Both the position numbers and the translations under genes were made by a program. Shown here one piece after another: positions 19,968-29,060 of a DNA stretch of 34,252 bases (position 1 is its first letter; each line of letters opens with the position of its first letter). Below the pieces are notes generated by a model. That model saw only the letters and a program-made list of their open reading frames with translations, was not told where the DNA came from and ran no database searches. The stretch is from a bacterium (lineage in GTDB: Bacteria > Electryoneota > Electryoneia > Electryoneales > Electryoneaceae): assembly GCA_043801585.1 (NCBI GenBank), contig JAZDLX010000095.1, positions 1-34,252 on the forward strand, read 5' to 3'.

Positions 19968-20837
19968 ATGATTCGCCTTTTTCTACAAGGAAATATTCAG
20001 CACGTTCTGTTCAGCCGGATTTCCCCGGAGAGACTCACAAAGGTTCTGCCGGAGGGTGCTGGGTTCTCGTTCGGGCTGGGAGCGATCAGTGCTGACGGTG
20101 CCCTGGAGGGGATGTCTTTCGGCGAGCTGATTACCGTGCCCGGGCTTGTGGCTGTCGTGCCCGGAGACGACCCCTTGACGCCGTCGATTTCGCGAGCAGA
20201 CGGCCACCCCCTGTTTACCCCTTTTCGCTGTGTGTTCGAAGGTATAGAAGACCAACCCCTCAGAAGAATCCCCCTGGAGTTTCCCGTGTGTGCGCATGAA
20301 CTATGGGAACGAATCGCGGAAGATTTGATTTCGAAAGAGCAGGAACGGTCACCTCTTGTCGGCGCAGTGTTCTTTGTTGAATTCGAGAGCTTGCGGGGCG
20401 CCTACGTAAAACAGAATCCCGTTCCCGAACGGGCACCCGTTGCGGGACGGCCGATCATCGATCCTTCGGTTCATTCAGACTGGTTCGGTGTGAGCCTGGA
20501 CGGCGAAAGCGGACCGTTGTGGGCGGTGGTCGTGGGCGTTGGATTGCGCCGGGAGGAGTCTTTTCGTGGTCTTCTTGCAGGACGAGACGAATTCATCTTC
20601 TATAGTCATCCGGATGCTCCCCCGTCCACCGCAACGATTGCCGTGCACCAGCATGCGCTCATTATGGAGGGGGTTGCCGAACCGGCTGAAGGAATGTCGG
20701 CGGGAGACGCCGTTGCCGACTGGCTCGCCAAAGGGGTGGTGCGAGATGTGAAACACGTGCTTGAGGACAGCCGTATGCGAAACGCCTGGGCGGCGATCCT
20801 TCCCTTCGACAACATCCATCTTGACGGAACGCAGTAG
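19968..20837 (+). CDS. Hypothetical protein, possibly a divergent alpha-acetolactate-decarboxylase-fold metalloprotein
   Basis: Ordered motifs FGLG, GEL, RADG, TPF, HQH, HVL resemble the AlsD/BudA pattern. Confidence 0.5.
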   Translation: MIRLFLQGNIQHVLFSRISPERLTKVLPEGAGFSFGLGAISADGALEGMSFGELITVPGLVAVVPGDDPLTPSISRADGHPLFTPFRCVFEGIEDQPLRRIPLEFPVCAHELWERIAEDLISKEQERSPLVGAVFFVEFESLRGAYVKQNPVPERAPVAGRPIIDPSVHSDWFGVSLDGESGPLWAVVVGVGLRREESFRGLLAGRDEFIFYSHPDAPPSTATIAVHQHALIMEGVAEPAEGMSAGDAVADWLAKGVVRDVKHVLEDSRMRNAWAAILPFDNIHLDGTQ

Positions 20838-20901
20838 TCGCGCCCCCCCACTCTGCAACCCCGTGGTGCAGTTCGAGTGGGGCGCGAGAGGATTTCCTCT
20901 C
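20838..20901. other. GC-rich stem-loops immediately after the 19968-20837 stop codon
   Basis: TCGCGCCCC..ACTC / GAGT-GGGGCGCGA arms (20838-20887) and GAGAGG-ATTT-CCTCTC (20886-20901). Confidence 0.45.
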
Positions 20902-20969
20902 CTCTATATATAGGGCACACCCGGAGCCCGGAATAAGGGAACACACGAAGCTTGACTGGCCGAGGTTGA

Positions 20970-21509
20970 ATGAACTTGAACTCAGCAGCGCGAATCGATG
21001 CCAACACCTTTGAACGGGGACTCACCTGGAAAGGTTACCTGGCGCTTGGCGTGCACTCCCGTGAAACACAGGAACGCCGATACAGGGAGACAAAAAGCGA
21101 GAGTTTGGGGCATCTCCGTCTGACTCGAACGAACCTGAGAGCGGTAATCGTCACCCTTCCCGACTGCGCGGATGGGGCCTGGGCGGTTCCCCGGCTTGTC
21201 TATCTATTGAAGGAGCACCTTGGCGTACCTGTTCGCCTCTTCCACCGTGAAAACCACCCCGATTTGATGAACCTGTTGCTGACAAAGGGAAAACGGTCCG
21301 TGCCAAAGATGGCCTTGATCGACGAAAACGGGACTATCGTTGCGCAATGGGGGCCACGACCGGCGCCGATCCAATCCTACGTCGAAGAGTCGGTGGGGAT
21401 GGTCGATACCGTGAAGTGGAAGGAGAAACTGTTCGAATACTACAGAAGTGATGAAAGCAGGGTACATTTCTTCCAGGAACTTGACGGCCTATTCAAGGGG
21501 TTGAAATGA
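20970..21509 (+). CDS. Thioredoxin-like protein (Thioredoxin_9-type)
   Basis: CADGAWAVP, RENHPDLM, RSVPK, WGPRP motifs. Confidence 0.8.
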   Translation: MNLNSAARIDANTFERGLTWKGYLALGVHSRETQERRYRETKSESLGHLRLTRTNLRAVIVTLPDCADGAWAVPRLVYLLKEHLGVPVRLFHRENHPDLMNLLLTKGKRSVPKMALIDENGTIVAQWGPRPAPIQSYVEESVGMVDTVKWKEKLFEYYRSDESRVHFFQELDGLFKGLK

Positions 21510-24280
21510 AAACAGCATCTCTGACACGGTCGATTCGCCGGTTGGTCGTGCTTGTCCTTGTGGCGTTTGTTGTCTGCGCGGAGTCGGCACAGGCGCGCGA
21601 GGTGGTTTATGTGCGGCTGACTGACCGGACAAAAGGGTTGACCCCAAGCCTCAAGCAGTCTGGGCGTGTGATTGATTCGAAACGGTTGATTCCCGTTGTC
21701 GCCGACGACAAAGCTTTTCCCCGCTCGCCGGTTACACGCTGGGTGCGCATGGAGGCACGGGACGCCGATGAGGCGGACCAGATGCTGAAAGAACTTCGTG
21801 ACGATCCCGCTGTGGAAGTCGCGGAACGGATGCCGCAACGGACCACCTGCGGCCTGCCCGGCTCCCGTTCGCCCAACGGTCTGCCGCTCGACCCGTTAAG
21901 TCAATTCCAATGGTACCTCGACGCGGTCAATGCCTGGGCCGCCTGGGACCGCGTGCCGGACGCCTCATCCGTGACCGTTGCGATCCTCGACAACGGCTGT
22001 GACATGGCACACCCGGACCTTACCTCTGCGTTCTGGACGAACGAGGACGAAGCGAACGGTCGAAGCGGTGTCGATGACGACAACAACGGTTATGTGGACG
22101 ACGTCCACGGCTGGGATTTCTTTGAAAACGACTCCAACCCCAACGCCCCCAACGAGGGAAGCGAACCGAGTCATGGAACGCATTGTGCGGGAATTGTCGG
22201 AGCGACGGTAAACAACGGGATCGGTATTGCCGGTATGGCGCCGGGAGTACGGTTGATGATCGTACGGATCGGCGAGGATCGTTCTATTTACTACCCGGTG
22301 GAAGGGATGATCTATGCGGCGGCAAACGGTGCAGACGTGATCTCCATGTCCTTTTCGGGAGAACTTTCTTCCGTGTTCGAACGTGACGCGGTCGATTTTG
22401 CCACATCGCGGGGTGTTGTGTTGCTTGCGGCGGCGGGAAACGACGGCTCGACATCGCGTAATTATCCGGCGGCCTACGAAAACGTGGTCGCTGTGGGCGC
22501 GACAGACCCCACTGGCGCGCTTGCCTACTTCAGCAACAGGGGTGACTGGGTGGATCTTGCCGCCCCGGGAACCGGCATTCTATCAACCTCTATTCAGGGA
22601 TATAAATATCTGGATGGAACATCGATGGCGACTCCGTTGACGGCGGGAATCGCTGCCTTGGTCCGGGCCCAAGATCCGTCCGCGGACCCAGCTGTTGTTC
22701 GCGCCCGGATTGGGCAGGGAGCTGTGCCGTTAACGGTCAGTCCGTCTCTGGTGGTCTCGGGGCGGGTCGATGCATGGCGGTCTTCTTTCGCTGGCAGGCC
22801 CACCGTAATTGTCAACGGGGCGAGCTTCGAGGATGAAAACGGTAACGGGTTGGTCGAACCCGGTGAAACAGTGACAATGATGCTTGATGCGGAGTTGGCT
22901 GGAGAGTCCGCCGCATCCCTAATCGTCGGACTCGAGTCACGGGAAACCTCTCTGGTCGTGTCCGGCGAACCGGTAACCCTTTCGCCGGTATCCATCGGGG
23001 CGCTGTCTCTGAGTCCACTCGAATTTCTGGTTACGTCTTCAGCAGCACGTGGCAACCATGACCTCTATCTCACGATCGACGCTGATGGCTGGAGCGACAG
23101 CCAGCGCTTGACCGTTCCGGTCGATCCGCACTGGCGGACCCACGATGCCGGAGGGATGATTGCATCGGTGACGGATTTTGGCGCCATCGGCTACCGCGAC
23201 CTTTACAACAACCGTGATGACGCCGAGGGGATTCGCCTCAACGGCGCCTCACGCGGATTCCTGTTTCATGGAAGCGTGCTTGTGTCCGACGGGGCACATG
23301 TCTCTGACTGTGCGTACGGGAACGACACCTACACTCGTTTCGATTTTCAAAACATCGATACAGATCCGATTCGACCTGTCGGCTCTGTTGCGGGTACCCA
23401 GGTTTTTCGCGCAAAATACACGGATTTCGGCGTCACGCCACGAGTTGGAGTCGAAGTCACACAGACGACGACAAGTCAAACAGAAGGCTCAAACGTTGTG
23501 CGCATGGACCTCGACGTGCGCAAGTGGGACACCGGGACAGCAAGCTATGACGTCGGCCTCTACATGGACTGGGACATCGGCGACGCTGAAGACAACGACG
23601 TTCGTTTCAATTCGAATCTCAAACTTTCTTACATGATTGGAAGCGAGGGGGCCGGCGGGGTGATGGTTGTGGACAACACCCAGAATCCAACCCCTCTGAT
23701 TGCTGCCGCTGCGATCTACAACCCTGCGGTGCTTTACCAAACCGGTTTCGACACATTCACCGACAGCGAAAAGCTTGATCTGCTCGAAGGAGGAACGACC
23801 CAGGCGGTTTCCAGTTTCAGCGGAGAGTGGTCGCACATGATCGCCGTCAACCTCTCGGGGGTCACGGAGCAAGTTTCTAAGCGAGCCTCCTTTCTGATTC
23901 TTGCCGCTTCTGACGAGAGTGAACTGCTCGCGATTGCGACAAGCCAGGCGGGGAACACCCTGAAATCCGGCGGATCAGGGGGTAACATTACCCTCGTTCC
24001 GGATCGATTCAGCCTCTCGCCAGCATGGCCGAACCCCTTTAACTCGGAAACCCGGATGCGCCTGCAACTGACGGAGAGCGGAAATGTCCAGGCGGTGGTG
24101 TACGACATCCTCGGCCGTAAAGTCGCTGTGCTGCACAATGGCGCAGTGCAGACGGGCACCTTCATTCTCCGTTGGGACGGACGGAACGAAGCCGGTCACA
24201 CCGTGGCGTCGGGCACTTATCTGGTGCGCGTGAAAGGGCCCGAAGGATCACAATTGCGCCGTATAACTCTCGTCAGATAA
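21506..24280 (+). CDS. Secreted S8 subtilisin-like serine protease with C-terminal FlgD-Ig/T9SS-type sorting domain
   Basis: VAILDNG, HGTHCAG, AAAGN, GTSMATP; DDDNNGYVDD calcium loop; WPNPFN...YDILGR...WDG...ASGTY tail; signal peptide. Confidence 0.93.
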   Translation: MKTASLTRSIRRLVVLVLVAFVVCAESAQAREVVYVRLTDRTKGLTPSLKQSGRVIDSKRLIPVVADDKAFPRSPVTRWVRMEARDADEADQMLKELRDDPAVEVAERMPQRTTCGLPGSRSPNGLPLDPLSQFQWYLDAVNAWAAWDRVPDASSVTVAILDNGCDMAHPDLTSAFWTNEDEANGRSGVDDDNNGYVDDVHGWDFFENDSNPNAPNEGSEPSHGTHCAGIVGATVNNGIGIAGMAPGVRLMIVRIGEDRSIYYPVEGMIYAAANGADVISMSFSGELSSVFERDAVDFATSRGVVLLAAAGNDGSTSRNYPAAYENVVAVGATDPTGALAYFSNRGDWVDLAAPGTGILSTSIQGYKYLDGTSMATPLTAGIAALVRAQDPSADPAVVRARIGQGAVPLTVSPSLVVSGRVDAWRSSFAGRPTVIVNGASFEDENGNGLVEPGETVTMMLDAELAGESAASLIVGLESRETSLVVSGEPVTLSPVSIGALSLSPLEFLVTSSAARGNHDLYLTIDADGWSDSQRLTVPVDPHWRTHDAGGMIASVTDFGAIGYRDLYNNRDDAEGIRLNGASRGFLFHGSVLVSDGAHVSDCAYGNDTYTRFDFQNIDTDPIRPVGSVAGTQVFRAKYTDFGVTPRVGVEVTQTTTSQTEGSNVVRMDLDVRKWDTGTASYDVGLYMDWDIGDAEDNDVRFNSNLKLSYMIGSEGAGGVMVVDNTQNPTPLIAAAAIYNPAVLYQTGFDTFTDSEKLDLLEGGTTQAVSSFSGEWSHMIAVNLSGVTEQVSKRASFLILAASDESELLAIATSQAGNTLKSGGSGGNITLVPDRFSLSPAWPNPFNSETRMRLQLTESGNVQAVVYDILGRKVAVLHNGAVQTGTFILRWDGRNEAGHTVASGTYLVRVKGPEGSQLRRITLVR

Positions 24281-24364
24281 AGAGTGTTTCCGCTTATACG
24301 CATAACAGCCCCACGGAATAGCAGAGCTGTTTTCTCTCTAACATAGCGACAGGTTGAAACCGTC

Positions 24365-25687
24365 TCAGGCTGTAACAATCACGGGGGAGAGTTTCGCTCC
24401 CTTCAATTCCTCGCGGATCACGTCCATGTCAACAGGCGCCTCGCGCGGGTCGGCGATCTTCCCGTGAAGCGCTGAAACCGCTGCCATGTGAGGACTGCCG
24501 AGAAAAACTTCCGACTCGCGGTTTCCCATGCGTCCCCGGAAATTGCGGTTGGTTGTCGAAAGCGTCCGCTCATTGTTTGCCGGAACGCCGAGATGGTTTC
24601 CCATGCAGGGACCGCATCCCGGTGTCGCCAGCGTCCCACCCGCAGAGACAATCGCCTGGATGTAGCCGAGGTTCATCGCGTCCAGCATCACCTTGCTGCT
24701 CGCCGGAATAACGACGAGGCGTGTGTCCGGGTGGATCTTCTTTCCGCGAAGAACATGAGCGACGATGGCCAGATCATCAAGCCGGGCGTTGGTACAGGAT
24801 CCGACGAAAACCTGTTCCAGGTGTTCCCCCACGACCTCACCCACGGGTTTCACATTATCGACTGTATGGGGACAGGCGACCTGGGGCTCGAGGGCGTTCA
24901 CATTGATCTCGACAACCTCTTCGTAGTTGGCATCGGGGTCGGAGTAAACGGGGGTGTACTCTTTCTGCGCACGGCCCTTGAGGTAATTGAATACGGTGGC
25001 GTCCGGAGGGACGTAGCCGATTTTTGCTCCCATTTCAGCGGCCATGTTGCAGAGGGTCATTCGTTCGCTGACGGTCATCGCCGACGCAAAAGGCCCTGTG
25101 AACTCCATTGCACGATAGAGTCCGCCATCCGCACCGATCTTGCCCGCGATATGCAGAGCGAGATCCTTGACGTACACACCCTCGGAAAGGGACCCCGTAA
25201 TGTCGAGCCGCATCGTTTCGGGAACGCGGAACCAGATTTTGCCGGTTGCCATGATCACGGCCGTCTCGCTGCGGGTAACGCCGGTGCCGAACGCTCCAAA
25301 GGCTCCGTAGGTGGTCGAGTGGCTGTCGGAACCTGTCATCACGGTGCCGGGCAGGCAGTGGCCGTTTTCTGCCATCACCTGGTGGCAGATGCCGTGGTGG
25401 ATATCGTAGAAATGTTTGATGCCATGTTTCTTGACGAACTCGCGAATTGTCTTGTGGTTGTTGGCGAATGTCTCGTTTGCAGGGGGTACGCAGTGGTCGA
25501 GAACGATCAGGTGAATATCCGGGTCGTAGAGCTTGTCAACCCCGATTTTCTCAAACGTCTTTGAAATCGCAGCGGTGTTGTCGTGCGACATGGCGACATC
25601 AGGAATCACCTCCACGATCAGCCCCGGTTCCACCTCGTCAAGGCCCGCCTTGGCCGCCAGTATTTTCTCGCTGAAGGTCTTGCCCAT
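24365..25687 (-). CDS. 3-isopropylmalate dehydratase / homoaconitate hydratase family large subunit
   Basis: GICHQV, DSHSTTYGA, GSCTNAR, CGPCMG, STTNRNFRGRMG; LeuC versus HacA/LysT not resolvable by eye. Confidence 0.92.
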   Translation of the reverse strand: MGKTFSEKILAAKAGLDEVEPGLIVEVIPDVAMSHDNTAAISKTFEKIGVDKLYDPDIHLIVLDHCVPPANETFANNHKTIREFVKKHGIKHFYDIHHGICHQVMAENGHCLPGTVMTGSDSHSTTYGAFGAFGTGVTRSETAVIMATGKIWFRVPETMRLDITGSLSEGVYVKDLALHIAGKIGADGGLYRAMEFTGPFASAMTVSERMTLCNMAAEMGAKIGYVPPDATVFNYLKGRAQKEYTPVYSDPDANYEEVVEINVNALEPQVACPHTVDNVKPVGEVVGEHLEQVFVGSCTNARLDDLAIVAHVLRGKKIHPDTRLVVIPASSKVMLDAMNLGYIQAIVSAGGTLATPGCGPCMGNHLGVPANNERTLSTTNRNFRGRMGNRESEVFLGSPHMAAVSALHGKIADPREAPVDMDVIREELKGAKLSPVIVTA

Positions 25688-25883
25688 AAGGATCTCCGCT
25701 CTTGTCGGGGTGTTCTTTTGCCCCGGGTGCGGTAAGGTACAACGGCGCTACAACCCCTTCAAGCGGCTTTTCCTTCAGAAAAGCGCAGCCGTGCTGAATT
25801 GAACAGCAAGTCGGAACGTCAGCAAACGCGGGAAAAGGGCAAGGGTGAAAAGAAGGTCGCCGTCGCATAAAGAGCGTACAATG

Positions 25884-26882
25884 TTATCTGTTCTTCAACA
25901 ATCCCAGGCTTGAAAGGGTGGTTGCCGCGAGTATCAGCCCGGCGCCGCCCAATCCGCGAACCGTCCACACATCCCCAAGCAGCATCCAGGCAAACGTCGC
26001 TGCAAACACCGGTTCCAGTTGAAACAGCAGAGCAGCGTGTCCAGCCGGGACATCCGGCTGAAAACGGGTCTGCATCCACACGGCAATCACCGTTCCAAAA
26101 ATTCCCGTGTAAAGCAAGGCAAAAAATCCTGTACTCGTCAGATGGAAAGGCAGGCCCTGAATCAAACTCCAGGCTGTCGCCAGTGCCGCCACCGTCCCCA
26201 CCTGTGCGATTGTCAGTTGCATCGCCTCGCCCTTGTGCTGAGACAGGGCCTCAAGCAGCACCATTTGCAGGGCAAACACAACCGCGCAAAGGATGGTCAG
26301 GATGTCACCGGCATTCAGCCCTCCACGAGCGGGTTCCGCCAGCAGATATACTCCTGCAACAGCAGGCAGCAGGGCCAACCAGGAGGCTAACGGGGAACGG
26401 CTGGTTCGCAGCAGCATCGCCAGCGGGGGGACCAGGACAACCAGAAGCCCTGTGAAAAAACCGCTTCGTGAGGCTGTTGTCAGTTTCAAACCCTGAACCT
26501 GCAAAGCGAAACCAGTAAACAAAAGCAGACCGACAAGGATTCCGCGCAGTATAACCGACTTGATACGTTCCCGCCGCAAATTCAACCAGAAGAAGTGAAG
26601 AGCACTGGACCCCTGTTCAACAGCCGGTGCGGGGGCCTGGGCTAGTTGAGGGTCCAGTTCACCAAAGGCCTTGTTACGTTTGATGTTTTTCCGCATCAAA
26701 CGGGTCAGGATCGAGAGCAGTCCAAGGCCGAGCAGGAACCGCAAGGCGAGAAATTGAATCGGGTCGGTATCAGCGAGAGCCGCTTTCGTCGCTGGGAAGG
26801 TCAGACCCCAAACGGCTGTCAGAAGAACCAACATGCCGGTGGCAAAAGCCCGTTGCCTTGAAGCGGCAGAAGCGGCGCTCAC
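25884..26882 (-). CDS. EamA/DMT family transporter
   Basis: VWGLTFPATK, LRF, GDILTILCAVVFA, LEPVFA; about 10 TM segments. Confidence 0.9.
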   Translation of the reverse strand: MSAASAASRQRAFATGMLVLLTAVWGLTFPATKAALADTDPIQFLALRFLLGLGLLSILTRLMRKNIKRNKAFGELDPQLAQAPAPAVEQGSSALHFFWLNLRRERIKSVILRGILVGLLLFTGFALQVQGLKLTTASRSGFFTGLLVVLVPPLAMLLRTSRSPLASWLALLPAVAGVYLLAEPARGGLNAGDILTILCAVVFALQMVLLEALSQHKGEAMQLTIAQVGTVAALATAWSLIQGLPFHLTSTGFFALLYTGIFGTVIAVWMQTRFQPDVPAGHAALLFQLEPVFAATFAWMLLGDVWTVRGLGGAGLILAATTLSSLGLLKNR

Positions 26883-26897
26883 GGTTGTACTCCAGCG

Positions 26898-28403
26898 TTA
26901 CGCCCAATGGCGGAGGGTCTCGAGGACGAGACGAACACCGACGCCTGTTGGGAGTTCTTTGTGCGGAACGTAGCTCACAGGCACCTCTGATGCGGTTCCC
27001 GCGATGTCGAGGTGGATCCAGGGCACATCATTGACAAATTCCTTGAGGAATGCACCGGCAGTGATAGCCCCGCCGGGACGGCCGCCGGTGTTCTTGATGT
27101 CCGCGATTTCGCTGGAGATCTGTTCGGTGTATTCCTCCCAGAGGGGAAGGCGCCACACACGTTCGCCGGTTTCCTCGCCTGCCCGGGAAAGGACTTCCGC
27201 GAGTTTGTCATCCGTGCCCATCATGCCGGTGGCGTGGTTGCCGAGGGCTATCCAGCAGGCTCCGGTGAGGGTGGCCATGTCGATCATCGCGTTGGGCTTT
27301 ACCGTTTTTGCAGCGTAGGTGAGGGCATCCGCGAGGGTCAGCCGGCCTTCAGCGTCCGTGTTGTCCACCTCGATGGTCAACCCCTTCAGGCTGGTCAGAA
27401 CATCGCCGGGACGATAGGCGTTGCCGTCAGCCATATTCTCTGCGGCAGCGATGAACCCTTCGACCTTGCAGCGAGGTTTCCACTTCTCGAGCGCCTTGAA
27501 GATTCCCATCACAGCGGCGGAGCCAGCCATGTCGATTTTCATGTCACGCATGCCATCGGCGGGTTTGAGGTCGAGGCCGCCGGAATCAAAGGTGACGCCT
27601 TTTCCAACGAGCGCGAGGGTCTTGGCGGTCTTTGGCAGGTTGCCCGGGTTGTACGAAAGGTGAATGAAGACGGGGCGATGTGTGCTCCCCTGTCCGACCG
27701 CCAGCAGTGCTCCCATCCCGAGTTTTTTCAGCTCCGCTTCTTTCAGCACGCGAACCTTGACCGTTTTCGAGGCGAGTTTTTTTGCAATGCGTCCATACGC
27801 CTCCGGGTAGAGGTCCATGCCCGGGGTTGCGGCGAGGTCACGCGCGAACAGGGTGCTGTCGACTGTGATCGCGGAGGCGGAAACTCCGGCTTTCATTCCC
27901 TTCATTCCGGTTGTTTCGCCCGGAATGACCAGGAGAGTCTTCAGGTTCGGATACTTGTCCTTATCACGGCCGCGGCGCACATAGCGGTACGTGGCGAGCA
28001 CGAAACCCTCAACAGCGGCAACTGTCGAGCGTTCTTCATCCTTCGTCGAAAATCCTTTCAGCGGCGGTTGCAGGGTCGCTTCGGTGATCTTCAACGTACG
28101 GGCACATTTTCCCGCTTCGCCAAAAGAGCGGCGGATTTTCTCCGGCGTCCACTCTTTCCGTTTGCCAAGACCGACGACCAGTACCGTGCGCGGCCCTTTT
28201 CTGCCCCCTCCGTAGAGAGACAGCACCTGCCCGATTTTTCCGTTGAAGTCGCCGTGCTTCTGTGCAAGCGTGATGCGATTGCCAAGCGCAGCATCGAGAC
28301 GTCCGATGCCGTTTTCGACAGGTTTTTCCCCTTCAAACACACCAACGGCAAGGAGTGGAGTAGAGGCGTCCTGCGGTGCAAGGTCACGAGTTGTGATTTT
28401 CAC
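26898..28403 (-). CDS. pepA: Leucyl aminopeptidase (M17)
   Basis: VGKGVTFDSGG, MKIDMAG, NTDAEGRL, ATLTGA, WIHLDIAG. Confidence 0.96.
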   Translation of the reverse strand: MKITTRDLAPQDASTPLLAVGVFEGEKPVENGIGRLDAALGNRITLAQKHGDFNGKIGQVLSLYGGGRKGPRTVLVVGLGKRKEWTPEKIRRSFGEAGKCARTLKITEATLQPPLKGFSTKDEERSTVAAVEGFVLATYRYVRRGRDKDKYPNLKTLLVIPGETTGMKGMKAGVSASAITVDSTLFARDLAATPGMDLYPEAYGRIAKKLASKTVKVRVLKEAELKKLGMGALLAVGQGSTHRPVFIHLSYNPGNLPKTAKTLALVGKGVTFDSGGLDLKPADGMRDMKIDMAGSAAVMGIFKALEKWKPRCKVEGFIAAAENMADGNAYRPGDVLTSLKGLTIEVDNTDAEGRLTLADALTYAAKTVKPNAMIDMATLTGACWIALGNHATGMMGTDDKLAEVLSRAGEETGERVWRLPLWEEYTEQISSEIADIKNTGGRPGGAITAGAFLKEFVNDVPWIHLDIAGTASEVPVSYVPHKELPTGVGVRLVLETLRHWA

Positions 28404-28426
28404 GGGAATCTCCTTCGCAGAAGCGG

Positions 28427-28774
28427 TTATGCCGGCCAGTTGTTTTTATCAACGAGGAGAACCTTCGGCTGGTGGCCGGAGATTTCGTCCTCGGAAAGAT
28501 CGCAGTAGGTGACGATGATGACAAGGTCGCCAACGTTGGCGTGGTGGGCGGCGGCCCCGTTCACGCCGATGATCCCCGATTCGTGTTGACCCTCGATGGC
28601 GTAGGTGGTGAAACGGGCGCCAGTGGTGATGTTGTACACCTCCACCTGTTCGTTGATGGCGATATCAGACGCGTCGAACAGGTCGCGGTCCACGGTCACA
28701 CTTCCCACGTAATCGAGGTCGGTCTGAGTCACACGGGCATGGTGGATCTTGGATTTCAGAAATCGGCGTATCAT
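28427..28774 (-). CDS. panD: Aspartate 1-decarboxylase
   Basis: KSKIH, YVGSVTVD (Gly-Ser autocleavage site), RFTTYAI, NGAAA. Confidence 0.97.
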   Translation of the reverse strand: MIRRFLKSKIHHARVTQTDLDYVGSVTVDRDLFDASDIAINEQVEVYNITTGARFTTYAIEGQHESGIIGVNGAAAHHANVGDLVIIVTYCDLSEDEISGHQPKVLLVDKNNWPA

Positions 28775-29060
28775 CGTGCAACGGCCTTATGAAAAACGTT
28801 GTCTCGAGTGCGTCGAAGCGACAAAAGGTAGGGAGACCACACTCCTAAAGCCAGCGAGAAACGACACTTCTCCGGGTTGAGGGGAATTCCGTGCGGGGGA
28901 AGGCTCTCCTGGAATCATCGTAGAAGCAAGGTCAAAAACTCAGGTTGTTTCCGAACGGAAGTGTCTGACGCAGGGTTGCTTCCGTTTCTGACCACGGTTC
29001 CGCGGTGCCGGGACCAGCATTCCCGTGTTCGGCCCACAAACCAACGTTCATAAACAGGCA

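Noticed and set aside
21053..21068. Possible third parS (..TCCCGTGAAACA)
   Set aside because: Only a half-site; the left arm does not match
27012..28508. 498-aa plus-strand ORF
   Set aside because: Antisense shadow of pepA with no recognisable motifs
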